Assembly (NCBI GenBank): GCA_036496585.1
Contig: DASXLB010000037.1
Location: 3,497 to 67,496 of the forward strand
Direction: 5' to 3'
Source of the DNA: Vicinamibacterales bacterium
Lineage (GTDB): Bacteria; Acidobacteriota; Vicinamibacteria; Vicinamibacterales; 2-12-FULL-66-21
Length of the DNA: 64,000 bases
Part shown: positions 25,460 through 39,107 of the stretch, piece after piece
Layout: each line of letters opens with the position of its first letter
How positions within the stretch are numbered: the first letter of the stretch is position 1
Translations under genes and position numbers: made by a program
The notes under the pieces: model-generated
The model's input: the letters and a program-made list of their open reading frames with translations, nothing else
What the model was told of the DNA's origin: nothing
Database searches by the model: none

Positions 25460-26074
25460 ATGTGCATCTGCTTCCTCTTGCTCGGCTTACTTCTACAGGC
25501 CCCCGCTCCTGGAGCGCCGGTACCGCCCGCCCCTGGTAACCCGATCGTCGACATCGAGACGTCGATGGGGACGATCACCGTCGAGCTATTCAAAGATCAG
25601 GCCCCCGTCTCCGTCGCCAATTTCCTCCAGTACCTCCACGAGGGCTTCTACCCGGGCACGGTCTTCCACCGGGTCGTGCCGGGCTACGTAATCCAGGGGG
25701 GCGGCTTCACGAGCGCGCTGGCCGAGAAGGGCACCCGCCCCCCCATCCAGAACGAGGCCACCAACGGTCTGGCCAATCGCCGCGGCACGCTCGCCATGGC
25801 GCGGACCCGGACCCTGCGCAGCGCCACGTCGCAGTTCTACATAAACCTGGCCGACAACCCGTCGCTCGACCACCAGGGCTTCTCCCCGGACGTGTTCGGG
25901 TATGCGGTCTTCGGGCGGGTCATCGCCGGCATGGACGTCGTCGATCGCATCGGACAGGTCAAGACGGGTGTCCGCGACGGCATGGAGGACGTGCCTGTAG
26001 AACCCGTGACCATCAAGAACGTGACGGAGAAGGTGGCGGCCGGAAAGGAGCGGCCGGCGGAGCGCCAGGAATGA
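25460..26074 (+). CDS. Cyclophilin-type peptidyl-prolyl isomerase, exported
   Basis: FHRVVPGYVIQGGG, GTLAMAR, ATSQFYIN, YAVFGRVIAGMDVV; start uncertain. Confidence 0.92.
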   Translation: MCICFLLLGLLLQAPAPGAPVPPAPGNPIVDIETSMGTITVELFKDQAPVSVANFLQYLHEGFYPGTVFHRVVPGYVIQGGGFTSALAEKGTRPPIQNEATNGLANRRGTLAMARTRTLRSATSQFYINLADNPSLDHQGFSPDVFGYAVFGRVIAGMDVVDRIGQVKTGVRDGMEDVPVEPVTIKNVTEKVAAGKERPAERQE

Positions 26075-27222
26075 GCCGGCCGCTCGTCATCATCTACCTG
26101 ACGGTCCTCGTCAACCTCGTCGGCTTCGGGATCATCATCCCGCTCCTGCCGTTCTATGCGCAGACATTCGGGGCCTCGCCGCTCACGATCGGGCTGTTGT
26201 TCGCCTCGTTCTCGGTGTCGCAGCTCGTCGCCGCGCCGGTGCTGGGCCACTGGTCCGATGCGTGGGGCCGCCGGCCGGTCCTCATCCTGAGCCTGCTCGG
26301 CACGGTGGTCAGCTTCGTCATGCTGGCGGTCGCGCACAGTCTGGCCATGCTCTTCGCGGCCCGGATCGTCGACGGGCTGTCGGGCGGCAACATCACGACT
26401 GCGCGTGCCTATATCGGCGACATCGCGACCGACGAGAACCGGGCCCGATACTTCGGCTTCCTGGGCGCCGCCTTCGGACTCGGATTCGTCATCGGTCCGG
26501 GCCTGAGCGGCCTCTTTGCGCATCTGAGCTACACGGCGCCGATCTGGGCGGCGGCCGCCATCACCGTCTTCGCCACTCTTCTGGCCTGGCTGTGGCTGCC
26601 CGAGACCGTCCACCGCGTCCACGCCGTGGTGGGCTCGCCGTGGCGCGCGCTGCGCGAACTGGGCACGCGCGCCAACCTGCGGGTGCTGTTCGCCGTCGAT
26701 CTGCTCTACTGGGCGTCGTTCGCCGTTTATCAGTCCACGTTCGCGCTGTTCGGGGCCCGCCGGTTCGGCTTCGACGCGGCCCACACCGGGTATATTCTCG
26801 CCATCTTCGGCCTGCTCGGGGTCGTCGTCCAGGGCGGCATGGTCGGGCCGATCGTGAGGCGGCTGGGCGAAAAGCGGACGCTCATCACGGGTCTGGTGAT
26901 TACGGCCGCGAGCTGGGCCGCCGCCGCGCTCGCGCATTCGGTGCCGACGTTCCTGGCGACGCTGGTGCCGGCGGCGCTCGGGCTGGGCTTCTGCACGCCG
27001 TCACTCGTGTCGTTGGTGAGCGGCGCCGCCGGCCGGCACGAACAGGGGCGCGTGCAGGGGGCCGCGGGCGCCCTCGAGAGCCTCGGTCGCGCCATCGGAC
27101 CGATCTGGGGAAACGGCGCGCTGCAGGCGTTCGGCGAGGGGACCGCCTACGGCTCCGCGGCCCTGGTCCTGCTCGCCACCGCCGCGCTCGCCACCAAGTA
27201 CTCGAAGCCGGAGCGAGTGTGA
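26071..27222 (+). CDS. MFS transporter, TetA/DHA1-like
   Basis: LVGFGIIIPLLP, GHWSDAWGRRPVL, ARIVDGLSGGNI, GLGFVIGPGLSG. Confidence 0.9.
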   Translation: MSRPLVIIYLTVLVNLVGFGIIIPLLPFYAQTFGASPLTIGLLFASFSVSQLVAAPVLGHWSDAWGRRPVLILSLLGTVVSFVMLAVAHSLAMLFAARIVDGLSGGNITTARAYIGDIATDENRARYFGFLGAAFGLGFVIGPGLSGLFAHLSYTAPIWAAAAITVFATLLAWLWLPETVHRVHAVVGSPWRALRELGTRANLRVLFAVDLLYWASFAVYQSTFALFGARRFGFDAAHTGYILAIFGLLGVVVQGGMVGPIVRRLGEKRTLITGLVITAASWAAAALAHSVPTFLATLVPAALGLGFCTPSLVSLVSGAAGRHEQGRVQGAAGALESLGRAIGPIWGNGALQAFGEGTAYGSAALVLLATAALATKYSKPERV

Positions 27223-27253
27223 TGCGGGAGTATTCGACCAAGGAGCACCCCGA

Positions 27254-28294
27254 ATGATGGATCGACGGAGCTTTCTCATCGCATCGGCCGCTGCGGCGAT
27301 TTCCGGTTCCCGGCTGTCCGCCTGGGAGGGCGCGGCGAACGTCGAGCTCGGGTCGATCGACGGCAGCGTCGGCGGCAACCAGTTCACGCCGATCACGTTT
27401 CTCGACTACCTCAGCTCGATCGGGCTGACGTGGGGCATGCTGTCGGTGCCGGCGGCCACGCTCGGCGACGAGGCGGCGCTGCGCGCGATCCGCGCCCACG
27501 CCGATCAACTCGGGATCCACCTGCAGCTCGCTTTCGGCTCGGTGTGTCCGAGTTCGAAGTCGTTCAACCCTCAGAATGGGACGCTCGAGGAACAGGTCGC
27601 GCGCGGCCTCAAGGCGTCGCAGATTTTCGGCGCGACCTGCATGCGCTGCGTGCTCGGCGGCGATCCGGAACGCCCGCAGATCTCGATGCACGTCGAAAAC
27701 ATGATCAACGCGGTGCGCGCGATGCGTCCGCGCATCCTCGATGCCGGGGTCAAGCTCGCCGTCGAGAATCATGGCGGCGATCTCCAGGCGCGGGAGATGA
27801 AAGCGATGATCGAGGCGGTCGGCCCCGACGTCATGGGCGTGTGCCTCGATTCCGGCAATCCGGTCTGGATGCTCGAGGATCCGCACCTGACGCTCGAAAC
27901 GCTGATCCCCTACGCGCTCACCTGCCACGTCCGCGACAGCGCCGTCTGGAAAACGCCGGACGGCATCGCCGTCCGATGGGTGAACATGGGCGAGGGGAAC
28001 GTCGACATCGACGGCTGGATCCGGAAGTTCATCGTGGCGAAGCCCGGGATGCCGATCATCTTCGAGAACCTGGTCTCGGGCGCTCCGCGGGTGCATCGCA
28101 TCTACGATCCGGTGTTCTGGCAGAACTGGCGCACGATGACGGCGGCCGACTTCAGCCGTTTCCTGACCATTGCCGAGCGCGGCACGCCGAAACCGGCAGC
28201 GCCGCCGGTGCCGGGCACGAGCCCAGGGCAGCAGCATCGACAGGATCTGGAAGGGTGCGTCCGCTATACGCGCGCCCTGCTGACGCGTCTGTAG
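27254..28294 (+). CDS. Sugar-phosphate isomerase/epimerase family TIM barrel with Tat-like signal
   Basis: DRRSFL Tat motif; LAVENHG, CLDSGN, HVRDS, GEGNVD. Confidence 0.85.
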   Translation: MMDRRSFLIASAAAAISGSRLSAWEGAANVELGSIDGSVGGNQFTPITFLDYLSSIGLTWGMLSVPAATLGDEAALRAIRAHADQLGIHLQLAFGSVCPSSKSFNPQNGTLEEQVARGLKASQIFGATCMRCVLGGDPERPQISMHVENMINAVRAMRPRILDAGVKLAVENHGGDLQAREMKAMIEAVGPDVMGVCLDSGNPVWMLEDPHLTLETLIPYALTCHVRDSAVWKTPDGIAVRWVNMGEGNVDIDGWIRKFIVAKPGMPIIFENLVSGAPRVHRIYDPVFWQNWRTMTAADFSRFLTIAERGTPKPAAPPVPGTSPGQQHRQDLEGCVRYTRALLTRL

Positions 28295-28391
28295 AACGGG
28301 CGGTGGTCCGGGCCTGCGCGCCGGGTGGACCACGCAACCGAGGCGAGTCTCTTGCGGATGATCGCGGCCGGGCGCGCGCCGCCCAGCCGGA

Positions 28392-30239
28392 TCACCGCGC
28401 CGCGAGCTCCTGCTCGAGCCGGGACACCAGTCGGTCGAGCTGATCGACGACCGCGCGGACCGTGTCGGGCTGGCTCAGATCGACGCCACCCGTGCGCAGC
28501 AGCTCCATCGGATAGTCGCTGCCGCCGGCACGGAGCAGATTGAGGAAGCGATCGCGGGCGTCGCCGGTTTCCGCGCCGCCCCCCATGATCTGCTTTGCCA
28601 GCTTCGCCGCCGATGCGAAGCAGGTCGCGTACTGGTAGACGTAGTACGGCGAGTTGAAAAAGTGCGGGATCCGCGACCAGGTGATCCCGGTGTAGGCGTT
28701 CAGATCGACGGCGTCGCCGTAGTAGTCCTTCAGCAGCTGCGTGTAGATCTCGGTGAGGATTTCCGCGGTGATCGGCTGGTCCTGCTCTGCGAGACGATGG
28801 GCGCGCAGCTCGTAGTCGGCGAACATCACCTGGGTGTAGAACGTGCCGGTGATGTTGTCGATGGCGTGCTGCAGCAGCACGATGCGCTCGGTCGGATCGG
28901 TCGACCGCGCCAGCATGTACTCGAGGAGCAGCGCCTCGCTCAGCGTCGACGGCACTTCGGCGACGAAGATGGTGTAGTCGGAATAGATGAACGGCTGCGT
29001 CTCGTGCGACAGGATGGTGTGCATCGAGTGCCCCATCTCGTGCGCCGTCGTGAACACATCGTCGAGCGTGTCGGTGTAGTTGAGCAGCATGAACGGGTGC
29101 ACGCCGTACACCGGCGCCGAATACGCGCCCGATCGCTTGCCCTCGTTCTCGTAGACGTCGATCCAGTGTTTCGAGAACCCTTCGCGCATCCGTGCCTGGT
29201 ACTCGGATCCGAGCGGCGCGGTGGCCTCGACGATCCAGTCGAGCACCTCGTCGTAGGCGTATTTCTTGTCGAACGACACCAGCGGGATGGAGAAGTCGTA
29301 GACGTGGTAGCTCGCGACCTGCAGCGCGCGGCGTCGCAGCTGGTGGTAGCGCCGCAGCGGGCCGACGCCGGCGCGGGTCGTCTCGATCAGGTTCTCGACG
29401 ACCGAGGTGGGAATGTTGTCGCCGTGCAGCGCGGCTTCGAGCGTGCTGCCGTAGCCGCGTGCCCTGGCGTGGAACCAGTCACGCTGGCAGACGGCGTTGT
29501 AGAGCGCGGCGTAGGTGTTGAGCGACGCCTTGTAGGTCTCGTGCAGCGCGGTGAAGGCCTTTTCGCGATCGGCCTGGTTGCGCCGGGTGGCGAGGATCGC
29601 GCGGTACTGGCCGTAGGAGACGGTCACCTCCTCGCCGTCGGACAGCGTCACCTTCGGGAAACGGGCGTCGGCCGTCGACAGCGCCGCGTAGGCGTCGTAC
29701 GGCGCCTGCCCCAGGCGGCTCGCCAGCGACATCAGCTTCTCGCCGGCTTCGTCGAGCACGTGCTCCTGCTGGCGGTAGAGGTTTTCGATCGCGAATCGGT
29801 ACAACGCCAGCGCCGGTTCGCGCGCCATCCAGGCGCGGACGGTCTCGAGCGGAACCTGCAGCAGCTCCGGGCTGAACCACGATTCGACTTGCTTCCAGCG
29901 CGCGAAGAGGATCTGCACCTGCTGCCGGCGGGCACTGATCGCGTTGTCGCGCTGATCCTGATCGTGCTGCAGCGACGGGTAGTACCACACCTTGTAGGCG
30001 AGCTGGCCGAGCGATTCCGACTGGGCGAAGGCTTCGAGCAGCTGTGCCGGCCCCTGCGCCAGGGTCCCTTTCAACTCGGCGTAGCGGTGGATGCCGGCCT
30101 CGAGCTGCTTGTAGGCCGCATCCCATTGTTCCCAGTTCGGAAAAATGTCGTCGACGTTCCACTTGAAGCGATCGGGGATGTCGCCGCGGTGGCGGCTGCG
30201 CGCCGTGGGTGCCGGTCCGGCCTGCGTGTCGGAAGCCAT
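28392..30239 (-). CDS. pepF: Oligoendopeptidase F (M3B)
   Basis: HEMGHSMH zincin motif; KRSGAYS; FVAEVPST; WSRIPHFFNSPYYVYQYA. Confidence 0.95.
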   Translation of the reverse strand: MASDTQAGPAPTARSRHRGDIPDRFKWNVDDIFPNWEQWDAAYKQLEAGIHRYAELKGTLAQGPAQLLEAFAQSESLGQLAYKVWYYPSLQHDQDQRDNAISARRQQVQILFARWKQVESWFSPELLQVPLETVRAWMAREPALALYRFAIENLYRQQEHVLDEAGEKLMSLASRLGQAPYDAYAALSTADARFPKVTLSDGEEVTVSYGQYRAILATRRNQADREKAFTALHETYKASLNTYAALYNAVCQRDWFHARARGYGSTLEAALHGDNIPTSVVENLIETTRAGVGPLRRYHQLRRRALQVASYHVYDFSIPLVSFDKKYAYDEVLDWIVEATAPLGSEYQARMREGFSKHWIDVYENEGKRSGAYSAPVYGVHPFMLLNYTDTLDDVFTTAHEMGHSMHTILSHETQPFIYSDYTIFVAEVPSTLSEALLLEYMLARSTDPTERIVLLQHAIDNITGTFYTQVMFADYELRAHRLAEQDQPITAEILTEIYTQLLKDYYGDAVDLNAYTGITWSRIPHFFNSPYYVYQYATCFASAAKLAKQIMGGGAETGDARDRFLNLLRAGGSDYPMELLRTGGVDLSQPDTVRAVVDQLDRLVSRLEQELAAR

Positions 30240-30302
30240 GTCTCAACTATACCGTCCCGTTCCGCGGCACCGCATCAGCTATCCTGCCGGTGGGGAGGGT
30301 TC

Positions 30303-30785
<483 letters not shown>

Positions 30786-31402
30786 AGGCGGCCACGGCGT
30801 CGAAGACGTCGACCAGCGCGGCATCGGGCTTGCCCCCCGTCACCTTCAGGCGCGTCTTGAACGAGTGGTCGCCGTCGGCGATTTCGACCAGCGCCGCATC
30901 GCGGAGCTGAGGCAGGAGCGCCGCGATTTCGGACGCCGCACCGAACTGGTCGCGCGTCCCCTGGACGAACAGCATCGGCTCCCCGATCGACGGCAGGTGG
31001 GCGTCGCGCCGCTGTTGCGGCCGCCCCGGCGGATGCAGCGGGTATCCGAGAAAGGCGAGTCCCGCGATCCTCTCGACGCCGGCCGCCGCCACCTGTGACG
31101 CGATGCGCCCTCCCATCGACTTGCCGCCGATGAAGAGCGGGAGCGTCGCGAACTCGGTCCGCGCGCGCACCTCCGCGATCGCCGCGCGCCACGCCGCCTC
31201 GAGAACGGGCGCCTTGTCCGGAACGCTTCGTCCCGCCGCGATGTACGGAAAGTCGAAGGTCGCCACGTGCACGCCGCGCGCCGCCAGTTCGTTCGCCGCG
31301 CGCACGATGAACGCGCTCCGCTGTCCGCCGCCGGCGCCGTGCGCCAGCACGAGCCCGGCCCCGGCGCGATCGCTGCGATAGACTGTCAGCACCGGAGGGA
31401 TC

Positions 31403-33454
31403 ATGACACGCACGCAGGCGCTCACGGTCATCGTTTTTCCCTTGGCCATCGCGATGGCGGCCGACGACGCGGCCATTGGCGCGCAGGACGTGACGGCGCA
31501 GCCGATGCTCAGTCGATCCGGCATCGAGCTCGGGTCGATGGACCCGACGGCGAGCCCTTGCACGGACTTCTACCAGTACGCCTGCGGCGGCTGGAACAAG
31601 AACCACCCGACCCCGCCGGATCAGCCGCGCTACGGCCGCTTCAGCGAGCTGCGGGACAGGAACGACGCCATCCTGCGCGACATCCTCGACGAGGCCGCCA
31701 GGCCGGGCGCTCCCGCGAGTCAGAAGAAGATCGGCGATTACTACGCGAGCTGCATGGACGAGACCGGCATCAACGCCAAGGGGCGCACGCCGCTCGGCCC
31801 CGACCTCCTGCTCGTCGACGGCATCAAGGACAAGGCCGGCATTCCCGCCGTCGTCGGCCACCTGCAGACCGTCGGGACGACGACGTTCTTCGGTTTCAGC
31901 TCCGGGCCCGATTTCAAGGACTCGACGCAGTACCTGCTGATCCTCGCGCAGGGCGGCCTCGGGCTGCCGGACCGCGACTACTACCTGAAAGACGACGCCG
32001 ACCCGGCGAAGCTGCGCGCGGCGTATCAGAAGCACGTCGCGAAGATGATGCAGCTCGACGGGCAGACGCCGGCCGCCGCTGAAGCCACGGCGAAGTCGGT
32101 GCTGGCGATCGAAACGACGCTGGCCAGGGCCTCGCTCGACCGCGTGTCGCGCCGCAACCCGACGAACATCTACCACAAGATGCCGCGCGACGACGTGAAG
32201 AAGCTGATGCCCAATTTCAACATGTCGCAGTTTTTCGAGCGCGCCGAGGCGCCCGCCGGCGACAGCGCCAACGTCACGGAGCCAGACTTCCTCAAGGCCG
32301 TCGATCAGATCATCGCGTCGAGTCCGCTCGCGGACCTGAAAGCCTACATGCGCTGGCAGGTGGTCCACGCGCGCGCGGCGCTGCTACCCAAGGCGTTCGT
32401 CGACGAGAACTTCGCCTTTTACGGCAAGGCGCTGACCGGCGCCGAGCAGCAGACGCCGCGCTGGAAGCGCTGCGTCCAGGCGACCGACATCGACCTCGGC
32501 GAAGCGCTCGGCAAGGTCTACGTCGATCGCACCTTCGGCGAGGAGGGCAAGACGCGCACCCTCGAAATGGTCAAGGCGATCGAAGCGTCGATGGGACGCG
32601 ACATCGACGCGATCGACTGGATGTCGCCTGAGACCAAGAAGGCCGCCTACGCCAAGCTCGCCGCCGTCGCCAACAAGATCGGCTATCCGGAGAAGTGGCG
32701 TGATTACTCGACGCTGCGTATCGTCCGCGGCGACGCTTACGGCAACTCGCAGCGCGCGAAGACCTTTGCGTACCGCCGCCAGCTGGCCAAGATCGGCAAG
32801 CCCGTCGACAAGACCGAGTGGCGGATGACGCCTCCAACCGTCAATGCCTACTACAACCCGCCCGAGAACAACATCAACTTCCCGGCCGGCATCCTGCAGC
32901 CGCCGTTCTTCATCAAGGCCGCCGACGACGCGGTCAACTTCGGCGCCGTCGGCGCGGTCGTCGGTCACGAGCTGACGCACGGGTTCGACGACCAGGGCCG
33001 CCGCTTCGATCCGGTGGGCAACCTGCGCGAGTGGTGGACGCCGGCCGACGGCAAGACGTTCGAGGAGCGCGCCCTCTGTGTCGACAAGGAGTACAGCGGC
33101 TTCAGCGCCGTCGACGACGTCAAGTTGAACGGCAAGTTGACCCTCGGCGAGAACGTCGCCGACAACGGCGGCTTACGCCTGGCGTGGATGGCGCTGCAGG
33201 AGCTCATGAAGACCAAGCCGCTCGGGACGCAGGACGGGCTCACCGCCGACCAGCGGTTCTTCGTCGGCTGGGGGCAGATGTGGTGCGAGAATCGCAGCGA
33301 CGCGATCGCGCGGCTGTCCGCCAAGACGGATCCCCATTCGCCGGGACGCTACCGGACCAACGGCGTCGTGTCGAATATGCCGGAATTCGCGCAGGCGTTC
33401 GGCTGCCAGGCGCCTTCGCCGATGATCAACCAGCCGGCGTGCCGGGTCTGGTAG
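31403..33454 (+). CDS. M13 family (neprilysin/PepO-like) zinc metallopeptidase
   Basis: PCTDFYQYACGGW, VNAYY, GHELTHGFDD, ENVADNGG, DPHSPGRYR. Confidence 0.95.
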   Translation: MTRTQALTVIVFPLAIAMAADDAAIGAQDVTAQPMLSRSGIELGSMDPTASPCTDFYQYACGGWNKNHPTPPDQPRYGRFSELRDRNDAILRDILDEAARPGAPASQKKIGDYYASCMDETGINAKGRTPLGPDLLLVDGIKDKAGIPAVVGHLQTVGTTTFFGFSSGPDFKDSTQYLLILAQGGLGLPDRDYYLKDDADPAKLRAAYQKHVAKMMQLDGQTPAAAEATAKSVLAIETTLARASLDRVSRRNPTNIYHKMPRDDVKKLMPNFNMSQFFERAEAPAGDSANVTEPDFLKAVDQIIASSPLADLKAYMRWQVVHARAALLPKAFVDENFAFYGKALTGAEQQTPRWKRCVQATDIDLGEALGKVYVDRTFGEEGKTRTLEMVKAIEASMGRDIDAIDWMSPETKKAAYAKLAAVANKIGYPEKWRDYSTLRIVRGDAYGNSQRAKTFAYRRQLAKIGKPVDKTEWRMTPPTVNAYYNPPENNINFPAGILQPPFFIKAADDAVNFGAVGAVVGHELTHGFDDQGRRFDPVGNLREWWTPADGKTFEERALCVDKEYSGFSAVDDVKLNGKLTLGENVADNGGLRLAWMALQELMKTKPLGTQDGLTADQRFFVGWGQMWCENRSDAIARLSAKTDPHSPGRYRTNGVVSNMPEFAQAFGCQAPSPMINQPACRVW

Positions 33455-33462
33455 GCGATCGT

Positions 33463-33610
33463 GTAGCGCGGACCTTCAGGTCCGCCCTCTGCCAGGCCTG
33501 AAGACTGGCCTACGGCATCTTGCTGGGTAGGGCTGACTTGCAGCCTCGCCCACCGACATCTTCTTGAGTAGAGCGGACCTTCAGATCCGCCTCCGTCCGG
33601 CCTGAGAGCG
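33463..33610. repeat. Cluster of GTAG-type REP palindromes
   Basis: GTAGCGCGGACCTTCAGGTCCGC 33463; inverse variant 33491-33513; GTAGGGCTGACTTGCAGCC 33527; GTAGAGCGGACCTTCAGATCCGC 33568. Confidence 0.8.
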
Positions 33611-33637
33611 GGCAGCCTGTCCTGCTTGCGCGTTTGA

Positions 33638-33653
33638 ATCAATGTATGTAGAT
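33638..33653. promoter_or_regulatory. Imperfect palindrome ATCAA-N6-TAGAT; putative autoregulatory SahR-type operator
   Basis: AT-rich near-palindrome ending 8 bp before the GTG of the ArsR-methyltransferase gene. Confidence 0.5.
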
Positions 33654-33661
33654 TTATAGAT

Positions 33662-34741
33662 GTGGAATCGGCTGCTCTGTTCCGGCTGCTCGGCGACGAG
33701 GCGCGGCTGCGCATGCTGCGGCTGCTGGCAGCCGAGCAGTTGAACGTGTCGGAACTGACCGGCATCCTCGGCATTGCGCAGTCGGGCGTGTCGCGGCATC
33801 TGGGCCTGCTCAAGGATGCGGGCCTCGTCGAGGAGCGGCGCGAGGCGGGATTCACCTACTTCCGGCTGGCGCCGGCGCTGGTCGGCGGCGGCAACGGCTT
33901 CGGCCCGGTGTGGCCGATGCTGCGCGCGCACTTCGACATCGCCGCCGTGACGCCGCAAGGACGCGCTGACGCGGCGCGGCTCGAGGAAGTGCGGCGCGTC
34001 CGCCGGGAGGACTTCGACCAGCACGGCGCCGCTCCCGAGCACCGCCAGATCGTGCCGGGCCGCAGTTGGGCCGCGTGGGCGCGTGCGCTCGCGCACCTGC
34101 TGCCGCCGCTCGACGTCGCCGACCTCGGCTGTGGCGAGGGATATCTGGCGATCGAGGCGGCTCGGTTTGCGCGCACGGTGGTCGCCGTCGATCGATCCGA
34201 GGCCGTCCTGGCCCGCGCGAAGAAGCTCGCCGCCCAGCGCCTCGGCTCCGCGCCGGCATCCACGACCCCGACATCGCGAGCGAACGCCGTGAGCGAGCCA
34301 CGCGAACGGACCGAGCCGCCGAAGCGGCGAGCGAGAGAGCGTGTAGGGGAGTTCGAGGGGCGAAGCCCCTCGGTTATTCAGTGGAAGCGCGGCGAGCTGG
34401 ATCACCTGCCGCTGGACGACGCGAGCGTCGACGTCGCGCTCCTCTCCCAGGCGCTGCACCACGCCGCGCTTCCGGCCCGGGCCATCGCCGAGGCCGTGCG
34501 CATCGTCCGCCCAGGGGGGCGCGTGCTCGTCCTCGATCTGCGCCGCCACGAGGAGCACTGGGTCAAGGATCGGCTCGGCGACACCTGGCTCGGCTTCGAA
34601 GACGCCGAGTTGAAGCAATTACTCGAAGGCGCGGGACTGACCGATATCAAGCTCACCGTCGGCGCCCGCCGCCAGCGCGATCCTTTTACCGTCCTGATCG
34701 CGAGTGGCACCAGACCGCCAGAGTTGAAGAAGGCTCACTGA
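33662..34741 (+). CDS. sahR: ArsR-family HTH fused to SAM-binding methyltransferase domain (SahR-like), with in-frame repeat insertion
   Basis: [10 protein letters not shown]...[18 protein letters not shown]; VADLGCGEG; SQALHHA; immediately upstream of metH. Confidence 0.75.
   Translation: MESAALFRLLGDEARLRMLRLLAAEQLNVSELTGILGIAQSGVSRHLGLLKDAGLVEERREAGFTYFRLAPALVGGGNGFGPVWPMLRAHFDIAAVTPQGRADAARLEEVRRVRREDFDQHGAAPEHRQIVPGRSWAAWARALAHLLPPLDVADLGCGEGYLAIEAARFARTVVAVDRSEAVLARAKKLAAQRLGSAPASTTPTSRANAVSEPRERTEPPKRRARERVGEFEGRSPSVIQWKRGELDHLPLDDASVDVALLSQALHHAALPARAIAEAVRIVRPGGRVLVLDLRRHEEHWVKDRLGDTWLGFEDAELKQLLEGAGLTDIKLTVGARRQRDPFTVLIASGTRPPELKKAH
34277..34373 (+). repeat. Palindromic repeat element inserted in frame in the SahR-like CDS
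   Basis: Ends in hairpin CGAGGGGC-GAA-GCCCCTCG (34354-34372); shares blocks GAGCGAGCCA, GAAGCGG, GGGGAG, GGGGCGAAGCCCC with 48862-48960. Confidence 0.7.
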
Positions 34742-34742
34742 C

Positions 34743-38510
<3,768 letters not shown>

Positions 38511-38564
38511 GTGCCGGCGGCGTCAGCCGTACGGCGACATCCAGCCCGCCTGCGTGGCCGCCGC

Positions 38565-38607
38565 GCCGTCGGTCACCGCACTGCCGGGCGACCGGCGGCT
38601 GCTTTTT
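38565..38607 (+). terminator. Probable intrinsic terminator after metH
   Basis: GC stem GCCGTCGGTC/GACCGGCGGC followed by TGCTTTTT. Confidence 0.55.
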
Positions 38608-38620
38608 CAATCTCGCCAGC

Positions 38621-38647
38621 TGTCGATTCCGCGGCCGGCCGTTCGAC
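38621..38647 (+). promoter_or_regulatory. ECF42-type promoter candidate TGTCGA-N17-CGAC
   Basis: Matches my recollection of the ECF42 consensus and lies upstream of a DGPF/YCII gene. Confidence 0.5.
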
Positions 38648-38692
38648 AGTTTTGTGAAGGCCGCTGATGGCCCACTCACAGGGAGCAACGCC

Positions 38693-39088
38693 GTGAAGTT
38701 CATGCTGATGATGCACGCCCCGGCCAACGCGCCGGCCGGCGCCGGCCTGGCGTCGTGGAACCCCGAGGAAGTCCACCGGATGATCCGGTTCATGAAGGAC
38801 TTGAACGCGGATCTGAAGAGCCGCGGCGAGCTGGTCGGCGCCGAAGGACTCGAGTACCCACCGCGCCCGCGCATCGTCCGTGCGTCCGGCAACGGCGCGC
38901 CGATCGTCACCGATGGTCCGTTCGTCGAGACCAAAGAGTTCCTGACCGGCTACTGGGTCGTGGATGTCCCGACGGAGACTCGCGCGTTTGAAATTGCCGC
39001 GCACGCTTCGTCGTGCCCGGGTCCGGGAGGCGCGCCGCTCAACATGCCGATCGAGATCCGGCAGGTGATGCCGGGGCCGCCGGAATGA
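38693..39088 (+). CDS. YCII-related (DGPF) protein
   Basis: MKFMLMM start with RBS GGGAG; VTDGPFVETKEFLTGYW; IEIRQV. Confidence 0.9.
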   Translation: MKFMLMMHAPANAPAGAGLASWNPEEVHRMIRFMKDLNADLKSRGELVGAEGLEYPPRPRIVRASGNGAPIVTDGPFVETKEFLTGYWVVDVPTETRAFEIAAHASSCPGPGGAPLNMPIEIRQVMPGPPE

Positions 39089-39107
39089 TTCGCCTCCTGA
39101 CGCGCCG

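Noticed and set aside
33455-33661. Possible SAM riboswitch upstream of the SahR-like gene and metH
   Set aside because: No SAM-I core motifs seen; the hairpins are explained by GTAG REP elements
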